A stretch of DNA of 36,881 nt from an uncultured virus (IMG/VR IMGVR_UViG_3300013823_000004) (Duplodnaviria > Heunggongvirae > Uroviricota > Caudoviricetes), in the IMG/VR virus record IMGVR_UViG_3300013823_000004. One strand, given 5' to 3'. Under the pieces are notes generated by a model that was not told where the DNA came from, did no database searches, and saw only the letters and a program-made list of their open reading frames with translations. Positions 27,644-35,266 of this stretch are shown piece by piece; position 1 is the stretch's first letter, and each line of letters begins with the position of its first letter. The position numbers were made by a program, and so were the translations under genes.

Positions 27644-27862
27644 TCAGCCCGCCCCCCCTTCGCGTGCCAGCTGCGTCTGCTGCCACTGGGCGAACATCGC
27701 CGCCGCGAACTCGGCATTGGTACGCTGCTCGACCAAGGCCCAGAAACCGATCTCGGCCATGGCATCCTCTGCATAGCCGGCAGGCACCCCGCCATTGGCG
27801 GCGCACCACTCCAACATGCGGCCATGGGCCGTGAGCAACCGATCCGAGGTCTTCTCAGACAT
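27644..27862 (-). CDS. 72-aa hypothetical protein
   Basis: GGAGGT RBS before ATG 27862; MSEKTSDRLLTAHGRMLEW... Confidence 0.65.
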   Translation of the reverse strand: MSEKTSDRLLTAHGRMLEWCAANGGVPAGYAEDAMAEIGFWALVEQRTNAEFAAAMFAQWQQTQLAREGGAG

Positions 27863-28028
27863 GGCCACCTCCGAACAGATCGACGCGGCACTGGCGAGGC
27901 TGGAACGAGCCAAGGCCGAGCGGGACAGCTGGAAAGGTCGCAGCGACCACCACTACGCGATGGCTGCGCATCTGGTCGCCGCCTTGGAAAAGGAGCTGGC
28001 CAGGCTGTTGAGCGAAGGCGAACACTAG
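27861..28028 (+). CDS. 55-aa helical hypothetical protein convergent with cro
   Basis: GAGGT RBS; MATSEQIDAALARLERAKAE...; stop shares CTAG with the cro stop. Confidence 0.6.
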   Translation: MATSEQIDAALARLERAKAERDSWKGRSDHHYAMAAHLVAALEKELARLLSEGEH

Positions 28029-28222
28029 GCCGCCTCGCCCTTCGCGGGCGCCGGGAACAGCTCCGGGCGCATGGCCTGGAGCTGCCATTGACGCGCCTGA
28101 GGGATCGGCTGATCCGCGGGCCACTGCCCTACAGCCCAACGACCAATCCCAAGGAGGGAAGCCAAGGCGGCGTCCGTTTCGATGTTGAGGGCGGCCTTCA
28201 CCGCAGCTTTGGTCATGTCCAT
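28025..28222 (-). CDS. cro: Cro-like repressor
   Basis: 65 aa HTH (ALA.LLGI...AV.QW....IP..R..QL), divergent from cI. Confidence 0.88.
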   Translation of the reverse strand: MDMTKAAVKAALNIETDAALASLLGIGRWAVGQWPADQPIPQARQWQLQAMRPELFPAPAKGEAA

Positions 28223-28229
28223 GAGCGCG

Positions 28230-28292
28230 AGTCTAGTTATCTAGACTTTTATGTCAAGCGCTCTAGTCGATTTTCAGCCTAGTTTTCTAGTT
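28230..28292. promoter_or_regulatory. OR: three operators and promoter pR
   Basis: AGTCTAG-TTAT-CTAGACT (28230-47), GTCAAG-CGCT-CTAGTC (28253-68), GCCTAG-TTTT-CTAGTT (28277-92); minus-strand TTGACA-16-TAGACT. Confidence 0.85.
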
Positions 28293-28294
28293 CT

Positions 28295-28984
28295 ATGGAC
28301 ACGATGGCTGAACGCGTTAAGCGCGCGCTAGAGCTTCGGGGCATGACCCCTTCCGACCTGATCGCCAGAAAGGTGCTCAGTAAGGCAGGCGTGTACTTCA
28401 TCCTCGACGGAACGACCAAAGCCGACAAGATCCGGGCAACGACGGTCGACAAGCTCAGCCGGGCTCTGAACGTCAGCGGCGAATGGATCCAGTATGGCAA
28501 GGGCCCCATGGAATTGACCCATCAGCCCGTTGTCGACGATGACGACTACACGGACGTGGTCGGCTACTCCCAGGCCGTTGGCTTAGGCGTGGGTGGAGCT
28601 GAGGCGGTCGACTATGCCGAGACCCACAGCCTGAAGTTCAAGAAGACCAGCCTACGCCGCCGGGGCATCTTGAACCGCCCACTGGCCGTCTACTACGGCA
28701 AGGGCGACAGCATGGAACCGACGATCGAGGACGGCGACGCCATCCTGTTCGACACCAGCGACACCCGTGTACTGGACGGCCTGCTGTACGTGATCCAGGT
28801 CGATGGCGCGGCCAACCCCGAGTACTACGTGAAGCGGGCCATGGTGCTGGACGCTGGCGTCTACTTCGCCAGTGACAACCCGAACGGCGACCATGACTGG
28901 AAGAAGCCCAAGGCGATGGACTCGAAGAAGCACCCGATCACGGTCATTGGCCGTGTCCATTGGATCGGCGGCTGGGCCGACTAA
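28295..28984 (+). CDS. cI: CI-like repressor (HTH plus S24 peptidase)
   Basis: N-terminal HTH; GDSMEPTI.DGD (Ser), YYVKR (Lys), SDNP, VIGRV. Confidence 0.93.
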   Translation: MDTMAERVKRALELRGMTPSDLIARKVLSKAGVYFILDGTTKADKIRATTVDKLSRALNVSGEWIQYGKGPMELTHQPVVDDDDYTDVVGYSQAVGLGVGGAEAVDYAETHSLKFKKTSLRRRGILNRPLAVYYGKGDSMEPTIEDGDAILFDTSDTRVLDGLLYVIQVDGAANPEYYVKRAMVLDAGVYFASDNPNGDHDWKKPKAMDSKKHPITVIGRVHWIGGWAD

Positions 28985-29028
28985 GGCCAAGCACCTATCA
29001 AACGAAACGGAAATTCACAGGGGCAATA

Positions 29029-29868
29029 ATGAACCTTCCCACCTCGCAAGGCAGAAAGAGCTTCGAAGAGATCCGTCATGTCTCTGAGCATGGTGTCGAG
29101 TACTGGCTCGCTAGAGAGCTTGCGTCTGTCTTGGAGTACTCCACCTATCGGGACTTTGCAAGCGTCGTAGATCGCGCAAAAATTGCCTGCAAAAACAGTG
29201 GGTTAGGCGTGTCAGACCATTTTGAGGACACCCTCAAAATGGTGCAAATTGGGTCGGGAGCAGATCGAAAAATCAGTGACGTCAAGCTGTCACGGTACGC
29301 TTGCTACCTCATTGTCCAGAACGCAGATCCGGCCAAATCCGTAGTTGCGGCGGGTCAAACCTACTTCGCTGTGCAAGCCCGTAGGCAGGAGATTTCAGAC
29401 GAGAGTAGGTTCGACCAGCTTACCGAGGATGGGCGCCGGCTGATGCTCCGCGCAGAGATGGCACACCACAATAAGGCGTTGAGCGCCGCCGCCAAGAAGG
29501 CTGGCGTCGAGACCGGGCTGGACTATGCCATCTTCCAAGACCACGGCTACAAGGGCCTGTATGGCGGGATGAGCAGCAAGGATATTCACGAGTCAAAAGG
29601 CCTGAAAAAAAGCCACAAGATCCTTGACCATATGGGCAGCACGGAGCTCGCTGCGAACCTGTTCCGAGCCACTCAGACCGAAGAGAAGATCAGGCGCGAA
29701 AACATTCAGGGGAAGATCCAGGCCAACAACGCCCACTATGAGGTTGGCAGGAAGGTAAGACGGACCATCCAAGAGTTGGGCGGAACAATGCCGGAAGACC
29801 TTCCGGTGCCAGAGAAGAGCATCCCTCAACTGGAACGCGAGAAGGCGAAACGGCTGAAGAAGGACTGA
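29029..29868 (+). CDS. dinD: DNA damage-inducible protein D homologue
   Basis: EYW.AREL...LEY, LSRYACYLIVQNADP.K..VA.GQTYFAVQ.RRQE, GYKGLYGG, ILDHMGSTELAANLFRATQTEEK, ELGGTMPEDLP. Confidence 0.92.
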   Translation: MNLPTSQGRKSFEEIRHVSEHGVEYWLARELASVLEYSTYRDFASVVDRAKIACKNSGLGVSDHFEDTLKMVQIGSGADRKISDVKLSRYACYLIVQNADPAKSVVAAGQTYFAVQARRQEISDESRFDQLTEDGRRLMLRAEMAHHNKALSAAAKKAGVETGLDYAIFQDHGYKGLYGGMSSKDIHESKGLKKSHKILDHMGSTELAANLFRATQTEEKIRRENIQGKIQANNAHYEVGRKVRRTIQELGGTMPEDLPVPEKSIPQLEREKAKRLKKD

Positions 29869-29876
29869 AAACACCT

Positions 29877-29898
29877 ACCCCGCTCCGGCGGGGTTTTT
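29877..29898 (+). terminator. Terminator of the cI-dinD transcript
   Basis: ACCCCGC-TCCG-GCGGGGT then TTTT. Confidence 0.85.
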
Positions 29899-29958
29899 GT
29901 TGGGCGACGCCTGACCCTGAACGAAAACTAGACTGTTCATAAAAACACTCAGCGCGAA

Positions 29959-29998
29959 AGTCTAGAGTGCTTGACTGTATAGTCTAGTGCGCTAGACT
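29959..29998 (+). promoter_or_regulatory. OL: two operators and promoter pL
   Basis: AGTCTAG-AGTG-CTTGACT and AGTCTAG-TGCG-CTAGACT; TTGACT-16-TAGACT. Confidence 0.85.
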
Positions 29999-30039
29999 TA
30001 CTCCCCAAGCCGGCCCACCCGGGCCGAACGGGGTCAGAC

Positions 30040-30441
30040 ATGGCACTGCAGCACCAGACGATGAGGCGGTCCGCACAGCGGGCCTACGACAACCAGGCGC
30101 CGTCCGAGGATGGCGAAGCGCTCGCCGAGCGCATTGACGCCCTGATCGAGCAGTACCGGGCAAACCCGGCGAAGGTCGCCGAGGCGGACCAGTGGATGTC
30201 CGGGGGGCTGAGCGAGGCCGCCTATGACGGCATCGAGTCGATGTTCGCGGACATTGGCGACCGCATCCCGCCCTACGGGATGGTTCTGGGGTCCGACCTG
30301 GAATTCCTTCCGCAGCCCGTGATCGACAAGATCGCCGCGGTTGCCCGCGAGGCGTCGGCCAGCCGGTCGGTGTACCTGCGAGACCTTGCCGAGGCGGCCG
30401 CGAACAGCGAATCGCGTTTCGCTCCGGAGGCTGCGGCATGA
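30040..30441 (+). CDS. Hypothetical early protein
   Basis: First pL gene; GC-ending codons; ATGA coupling to the next gene. Confidence 0.75.
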   Translation: MALQHQTMRRSAQRAYDNQAPSEDGEALAERIDALIEQYRANPAKVAEADQWMSGGLSEAAYDGIESMFADIGDRIPPYGMVLGSDLEFLPQPVIDKIAAVAREASASRSVYLRDLAEAAANSESRFAPEAAA

Positions 30442-30776
30442 GCGCGCACAAGCACACGCCGGGACCGTGGAATGTCGGAGCAACTGATGCCGAGACGGCA
30501 GAAATTGATGTCGTCAGCGAGGGCAGGCCATACATCTGCCTTGTTCTCCCCGGGGCAGTGGACGGTCGTACCGAAGCAAACGCCCGCCTGATCGCCGCCG
30601 CGCCGGATAGCCACGAGGCGAACGTCATGTTCGTGAAGGCGATGGACAGATTCTGCGGCATCAAGCCCGATTGGGACGACGACTGCATCTATGACGAGCT
30701 GCCGTCGTCCGAACTGGCACTCGCCTACTTTGCCGCCCGCGCCGCCATCGCCAAAGCCACGGGAGAGCCGGCATGA
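30438..30776 (+). CDS. Hypothetical early protein (HTPGPW...ANARLIAAAP type)
   Basis: Motifs common in phage early genes; ends AAIAKATGE. Confidence 0.8.
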   Translation: MSAHKHTPGPWNVGATDAETAEIDVVSEGRPYICLVLPGAVDGRTEANARLIAAAPDSHEANVMFVKAMDRFCGIKPDWDDDCIYDELPSSELALAYFAARAAIAKATGEPA

Positions 30777-30895
30777 GCTTCGAACAAGCCCTCAAGACCG
30801 CGGCGAAGCAGACCGCGCGCGACATGGTCGTCATCGCTGTGCTGGCGTTCCTCGCTGGCTTCGGTGCGGCAACGCTGCTGGGGGCGCTGTCGTGA
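30773..30895 (+). CDS. 40-aa membrane peptide
   Basis: MSFEQALKTAAKQTARDMVVIAVLAFLAGFGAATLLGALS; 4-nt overlaps at both ends. Confidence 0.65.
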   Translation: MSFEQALKTAAKQTARDMVVIAVLAFLAGFGAATLLGALS

Positions 30896-31026
30896 TCGCC
30901 CTGGCCCTGACGATGATCGGCCCGGCGCTGGGTGGCGCGCTGATCCTGCACCTGTGGCAGACCAGGCCGCCGAAACCCCGCCCGCCGATGGCCGTGTACC
31001 GCCGCCGCAGGCAGGTGCAGCCGTGA
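30892..31026 (+). CDS. 44-aa membrane peptide
   Basis: GTGA overlap; MIALALTMIGPALGGALILHLW plus Pro/Arg tail. Confidence 0.6.
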   Translation: MIALALTMIGPALGGALILHLWQTRPPKPRPPMAVYRRRRQVQP

Positions 31027-31256
31027 TCCGGCTCGCCCTCTACACCGCGGCGCTGGTGTTCTTCGCCGACATGGCCCGCCGCGCGGTGATCGTGCGCGCC
31101 GACTCCTTCGTGCTGCCTCTGGCTCTCCTGTGCCTCTGGCTGCTGGTGCTGATCGTCCGCGCCTACCGCCGGGAGCATCGCCGGCTCACCCGCCGCCGCA
31201 CCGACTTCGTCCGCCCGCGCAGCTTCCCCGCCCAGCGCAAGCGCGACACCCGCTGA
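31023..31256 (+). CDS. 77-aa two-TM protein with an Arg-rich tail
   Basis: GTGA overlap; two hydrophobic segments. Confidence 0.65.
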   Translation: MIRLALYTAALVFFADMARRAVIVRADSFVLPLALLCLWLLVLIVRAYRREHRRLTRRRTDFVRPRSFPAQRKRDTR

Positions 31257-31294
31257 TCCCCGCCGGCGTGGCCGGCCCTACGGAGGCAACACCC

Positions 31295-31810
31295 ATGTTC
31301 CAACTGGAAAAGCACGATTCGGCCATCGCAAACGTCAACCAGCGCATCGAGCGCCATGGCGAGGAACGTGAGCTGGCAGCCGACATCAAGTTCACCACCA
31401 GCGCCGGCAATAGCCTGCTGGACAGCATCGAGAAGGGGCTGAAGGAAGCCCTGTTCCGCAAGCCCGGCAAGGGCGAGCAGCAGGACCTGCCCATCGGCGA
31501 TACGCCCCTGTCGGCCGTGAAGTTCCCCAGCCTGGAGCCGCTGAAGCTGGCCCACGAGTTCCTGGGCTACGAACTGCAGATCGACGGCCTGCTGGAAGGC
31601 GTGGAGCCCATCGTCCTGGTCGACGTAAAGCTGAAGCGCTTCGTGATCGAGCCCAAGGAAGGCGGCAGCGTCGGCCTGTCGTTCACCGCGTCGGCCAACG
31701 TCACGCCCGACGAGCTTGCCGAGCTGTCCGAAGCGCTGATCCGCGAGGACGTGCTGCTGACCCTGACCCCGCCGAAGGCTGCTGCCCAGCAGACCGACCT
31801 GGCCGCCTGA
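31295..31810 (+). CDS. Hypothetical phage protein (171 aa)
   Basis: GGAGG RBS; strong GC3 bias; N.R.ERHGEE...AADI pattern. Confidence 0.8.
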   Translation: MFQLEKHDSAIANVNQRIERHGEERELAADIKFTTSAGNSLLDSIEKGLKEALFRKPGKGEQQDLPIGDTPLSAVKFPSLEPLKLAHEFLGYELQIDGLLEGVEPIVLVDVKLKRFVIEPKEGGSVGLSFTASANVTPDELAELSEALIREDVLLTLTPPKAAAQQTDLAA

Positions 31811-31817
31811 TCCCCCT

Positions 31818-31902
31818 GCCCTGCGCACTCCCCAGCGCAGGGCGAACCGCGGAACTGGCCTCCCCTCCAGTTCCGCACCCGCGCCGGCCGGGCAATGCCG
31901 GC
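31818..31902. repeat. Array of three adjacent hairpins with 8-nt loops
   Basis: GCCCTGCGC-ACTCCCCA-GCGCAGGGC; GCGGAACTGG-CCTCCCCT-CCAGTTCCGC; GCCGGC-CGGGCAAT-GCCGGC. Confidence 0.75.
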
Positions 31903-31960
31903 ACCTCATTTCATGTCGAAAAAATTCCCACCGCGCCGGCACCGCCGGCAGGAGCTATCG

Positions 31961-32719
31961 ATGAACGCTGTAGTCACCACCATCCCCCAGCAGGCAGCCG
32001 GCCAGCAGCTGGCGCCGCTGCAGCAGGCGCTGGAGCAGGCGCTGATGCTGCCCGACCAGGGCGTCGAGCGCCTGGAACGCATGTGGGAGATGCACAAGGA
32101 AATGCAGGACCGCGACGCGAAGCGGATCTACGCCGACGCGATGAAGGCTTGCCAGAAGGAAATGCCGGCCATCAAGAAGCGCGGCAAAAACAAGCAGACC
32201 AACAGCAAGTACGCGCTGCTGGAGGACATCAACCGGCTGATCACGCCGATCTACACCCGGCACGGCTTCTCGCTGTCGTTCGGCACCGTGCGGTCAGAGC
32301 TGGAGGACCACGTCGGCATCGTCTGCGACGTGATGCACGAAGCCGGCTACTCCAAGACCTACACCTACGACGCCCCCATCGACAACGTCGGCATCAAGGG
32401 CGAGAAGAACAAGACCAGCACCCACGGCCGCGGCTCTGCCATCAGCTATGGCCGCCGCTACCTGATCCTGATGATCTTCAACCTGACCATCGGCGACGAC
32501 GACGATGGCAACGCCGCCGGCGAGAGCGAGCAGCAGCGTATCGCGCGCGAGGTGGCACAGGAGTGGGTCGGCATCGCCGACGGCGTCAGCACCTACGAGG
32601 AATACATGGCTCGCAAGGCCGAAGTGCTTAACGCCTACGGCGGCAAGGCCGGCAACCTGCCGCCCGAGGTGCGCGAGGCGTTCAACCGCGCCGCTGAAGC
32701 CACTAGGCCGAAGGACTGA
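31961..32719 (+). CDS. erf: ERF-family single-strand annealing protein
   Basis: SKYA.LEDI...I.PI...HG.S, H..G, GSAISYGRRY....IFNL...DDDDGN; AGGAG RBS. Confidence 0.9.
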   Translation: MNAVVTTIPQQAAGQQLAPLQQALEQALMLPDQGVERLERMWEMHKEMQDRDAKRIYADAMKACQKEMPAIKKRGKNKQTNSKYALLEDINRLITPIYTRHGFSLSFGTVRSELEDHVGIVCDVMHEAGYSKTYTYDAPIDNVGIKGEKNKTSTHGRGSAISYGRRYLILMIFNLTIGDDDDGNAAGESEQQRIAREVAQEWVGIADGVSTYEEYMARKAEVLNAYGGKAGNLPPEVREAFNRAAEATRPKD

Positions 32720-32722
32720 CCC

Positions 32723-33334
32723 ATGCAGATCCTGACCTTCGAGCAGCGCTCCCCCGAGTGGTACGCCGCACGTCGCGGTGTGCCCACCGCTAGCGAGTTC
32801 GGCAACATCATCACGCCCAAGAAGGGCGAGTATGCCGCCGCCGCGGACACGTACATCAACCAGCTGATCGATGAGCTGATGCGCCCCGACGCCGGCCAGG
32901 CCTTCACCGGCAACCGCCACACCGAGCGCGGCGAGCTGCTGGAGGACGATGCGCGCGAGCTGTACGCGTTCGAGAACGAGCTGGCGCCGCAGCAGGTCGG
33001 CTTCATCCTCAACGACGCTGGCACCCTCGGCTGCAGCCCGGACAGCCTGATAGGCGAGGACGGCGGCCTGGAGATCAAGTGCCCGGACGGCCCCACCCAT
33101 GTGAAATGGGTCCGCGCCGGCGGCATCCCCGACGAACACAAGCCGCAGGTGCACGGCAGCCTGATCATCACCGGCCGCGCCTGGTGGGACTTCCTGTCGT
33201 ACTGCCCCGGCTATGAGCCGCTGCTGGTGCGCGTCACACCCGATGGCTTCACCGAGAAGCTGCAGGGCCATCTTGACCGGTTCCTGCGTGAGTACCACGC
33301 AGCGCGTGCCCGGTTCCTCTCGGAGGCGGCCTGA
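32723..33334 (+). CDS. YqaJ/lambda-type exonuclease
   Basis: EQRSPEW..ARRG..TASEF, G..LE..AR..Y, GCSPD.L, LEIKCP, QV.G.L..TGR.WWDF.SY. Confidence 0.92.
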   Translation: MQILTFEQRSPEWYAARRGVPTASEFGNIITPKKGEYAAAADTYINQLIDELMRPDAGQAFTGNRHTERGELLEDDARELYAFENELAPQQVGFILNDAGTLGCSPDSLIGEDGGLEIKCPDGPTHVKWVRAGGIPDEHKPQVHGSLIITGRAWWDFLSYCPGYEPLLVRVTPDGFTEKLQGHLDRFLREYHAARARFLSEAA

Positions 33335-33561
33335 TGGGCACCGTCACCTTCCAACCCGAAGAGAGCCGCGCCGGATCGCGACGCGGTGGTGCTGCCCGGG
33401 CCGCGCTGTACGCGCACGTGGTCGAGGGCAAGAACGTCACCACGGCACAGATTGCGCGCCGGCTGGGCATCACTGAACACGCGGCGCTGGGCCGGGCCAA
33501 GCGGGGACCGTTCCCCCTCACCTGGGACGCCCTGGCCAGCAAGCGGAGGAAGGCTGCATGA
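33334..33561 (+). CDS. Small HTH-like hypothetical protein
   Basis: T.AQIARRLGI..H.A..R; coupled on both sides. Confidence 0.7.
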   Translation: MGTVTFQPEESRAGSRRGGAARAALYAHVVEGKNVTTAQIARRLGITEHAALGRAKRGPFPLTWDALASKRRKAA

Positions 33562-33815
33562 GCCGCCACTTCACCCGCCGCGCCCCGAAGCGCAACGAAG
33601 GCCTCAGCTGGGGCCGCTTCCCGACCGACGACGGCTCGGCCGTGACCTACCGCCTGTTCCGGCGCGACCACCGAGGCGCTCTGCACATGGAGGCTCGGAC
33701 CTTCTTCACCGGCGCCGATCCGACCTACATCGCCAAGGTCCTGCGCCACGCCAAGCGCCAGCTGCGCGACCGCGTGGACGAGATCGACCTGGCCGCAATG
33801 GAGCAAGCAGCATGA
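33558..33815 (+). CDS. Hypothetical protein (85 aa)
   Basis: ATGA coupling; GC-ending codons. Confidence 0.7.
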   Translation: MSRHFTRRAPKRNEGLSWGRFPTDDGSAVTYRLFRRDHRGALHMEARTFFTGADPTYIAKVLRHAKRQLRDRVDEIDLAAMEQAA

Positions 33816-33871
33816 AGGCGGCACGCCAATGGAGAGCCCATATGCAATCGCACACGAGCCGACCAAGCACC

Positions 33872-34459
33872 TCAGTCCACTTCGAACAGAGGGAGAAGGG
33901 CTTTAATACCGCTACCAGGTACTGCTGCCTCAAGCTCTTTAATCACATTATTGATGTAGAGGCGAGCGAAATCGATTGTGACGACGTATGTCTTAGCAGA
34001 GTCGGCGTCAAAAAATCCCATTTCGTGAGTCTTGACATACGCAGCAAGTTTAAAGAGGACTCCCTCAAGGGAAGCCATTTCAACTCGAAGCGCGCCAAGT
34101 GCCTTCTCGCGCGGCTGAGGGGGCAGCGGGTGCGGAACTATACAGTCACGGACAAACCTCAGACTATCCGTGAAATCGCCAATGCCCTGTGCAGAGGCCA
34201 AGTTCGCGGAAATCGCGTCGATGCCAGCATGAATGTTGATCAGCGCGAATACCGTGCCCCGACCTGCAATTTGTCCATCGACATAGTCGGATTCCTGGCG
34301 ATCCTTCAGGGCCTTTCGGTACTGCCTAAACGGGAGCAGGACCGCGAAGAAAGTCGCAGCCGCAGCCGCCCATCCGCCCATTGCAGCGATGGCAACCCAG
34401 TCGAACCTGCAGTCGGCGGCGGTGCTGAAGCAGGGAACCAATATTTCAGCGGCAATCAT
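33872..34459 (-). CDS. Antisense moron: single-TM membrane protein (195 aa)
   Basis: More AT-rich insert; DW.AIAA.G.WAAAAATF.AV.LP TM then helical domain; GGAAG RBS; possible extended -10 TGGCAGAAT upstream. Confidence 0.75.
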   Translation of the reverse strand: MIAAEILVPCFSTAADCRFDWVAIAAMGGWAAAAATFFAVLLPFRQYRKALKDRQESDYVDGQIAGRGTVFALINIHAGIDAISANLASAQGIGDFTDSLRFVRDCIVPHPLPPQPREKALGALRVEMASLEGVLFKLAAYVKTHEMGFFDADSAKTYVVTIDFARLYINNVIKELEAAVPGSGIKALLPLFEVD

Positions 34460-34538
34460 CACGTCACTTCCGTGTGGATTGGGCGGCATTCTGCCATGCG
34501 TCCGCGCACTCGAGCGGCCCGCCCGCAGGGGGTGAAAG

Positions 34539-35060
34539 ATGCTGGCTGATACCCCGCCGGTGCTGGACCCGTGCTGCGGCGGACGGATGATGTGGTTCGA
34601 CCCCAGCGACCAGCGCTGCCTGTTCGGCGACCGGCGGAACGAGACGCTCATCGTTACCGACCGGACGCACCGCGAGGACGGCACCCGCGCCGTGCACGTT
34701 CGCCCGGACGCGCTGCTGGACTTCCGCGCCCTGCCGTTCGCTGACAACTCGTTCCCGCTGGTGGTGTTCGATCCGCCGCACCTGGTGCGCGCCGGCCGGC
34801 ATTCCTGGCTGGCCGCCAAGTACGGCCGCCTCGGCGCCAACTGGCGCGACGATCTGCGCGCCGGCTTCGCTGAGTGCTTCCGCGTGCTGCGCCCAGAGGG
34901 TGTGCTGATTTTCAAATGGTCCGAGGTGCAGGTGGCCACGCGCGACGTGCTGGCCCTGACGCCGCACAAGCCGCTGTTCGGGCATCCGTCGGGCAAGCGC
35001 GCCGGCACGCACTGGATCACCTTCATCAAGCTGGCGGACAGCCAACAGGGGGTGAGGTGA
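34539..35060 (+). CDS. Small SAM-dependent amino (N6-A/N4-C) DNA methyltransferase
   Basis: LDPCCG.RMMWFD motif I, VVFDPPH catalytic motif, ECFRVLRP.G.LIFKW. Confidence 0.85.
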   Translation: MLADTPPVLDPCCGGRMMWFDPSDQRCLFGDRRNETLIVTDRTHREDGTRAVHVRPDALLDFRALPFADNSFPLVVFDPPHLVRAGRHSWLAAKYGRLGANWRDDLRAGFAECFRVLRPEGVLIFKWSEVQVATRDVLALTPHKPLFGHPSGKRAGTHWITFIKLADSQQGVR

Positions 35061-35266
35061 TGGCCCGGTACTTCATCAACGACACCGAGGTGTCGCGCGA
35101 CGAGGCGTTCTATGCATGGCGCTTCTCGCAGACCTACCGTCAGGCGCGGCACAAAAACGTCATCTGGTACAACGCGCATTGCGGCCAGGCTGCAGCGCTG
35201 AACCATCTGCGCGAGGCAGGCGTCAGGATCGAAGCGGACAGCCCGCAGGAGGCGAGCGATGCGTGA
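35060..35266 (+). CDS. Hypothetical protein (68 aa)
   Basis: GAGG RBS; TGATG coupling; overlaps the next start. Confidence 0.7.
   Translation: MARYFINDTEVSRDEAFYAWRFSQTYRQARHKNVIWYNAHCGQAAALNHLREAGVRIEADSPQEASDA

Noticed and set aside
29927..29934. Third OL operator (CTAGACT)
   Set aside because: Only a half-site; the left half does not match the consensus
30010..30027. Hairpin just after pL as a nut boxB site
   Set aside because: Loop ACCC is unlike boxB, no boxA seen and no N-like protein identified
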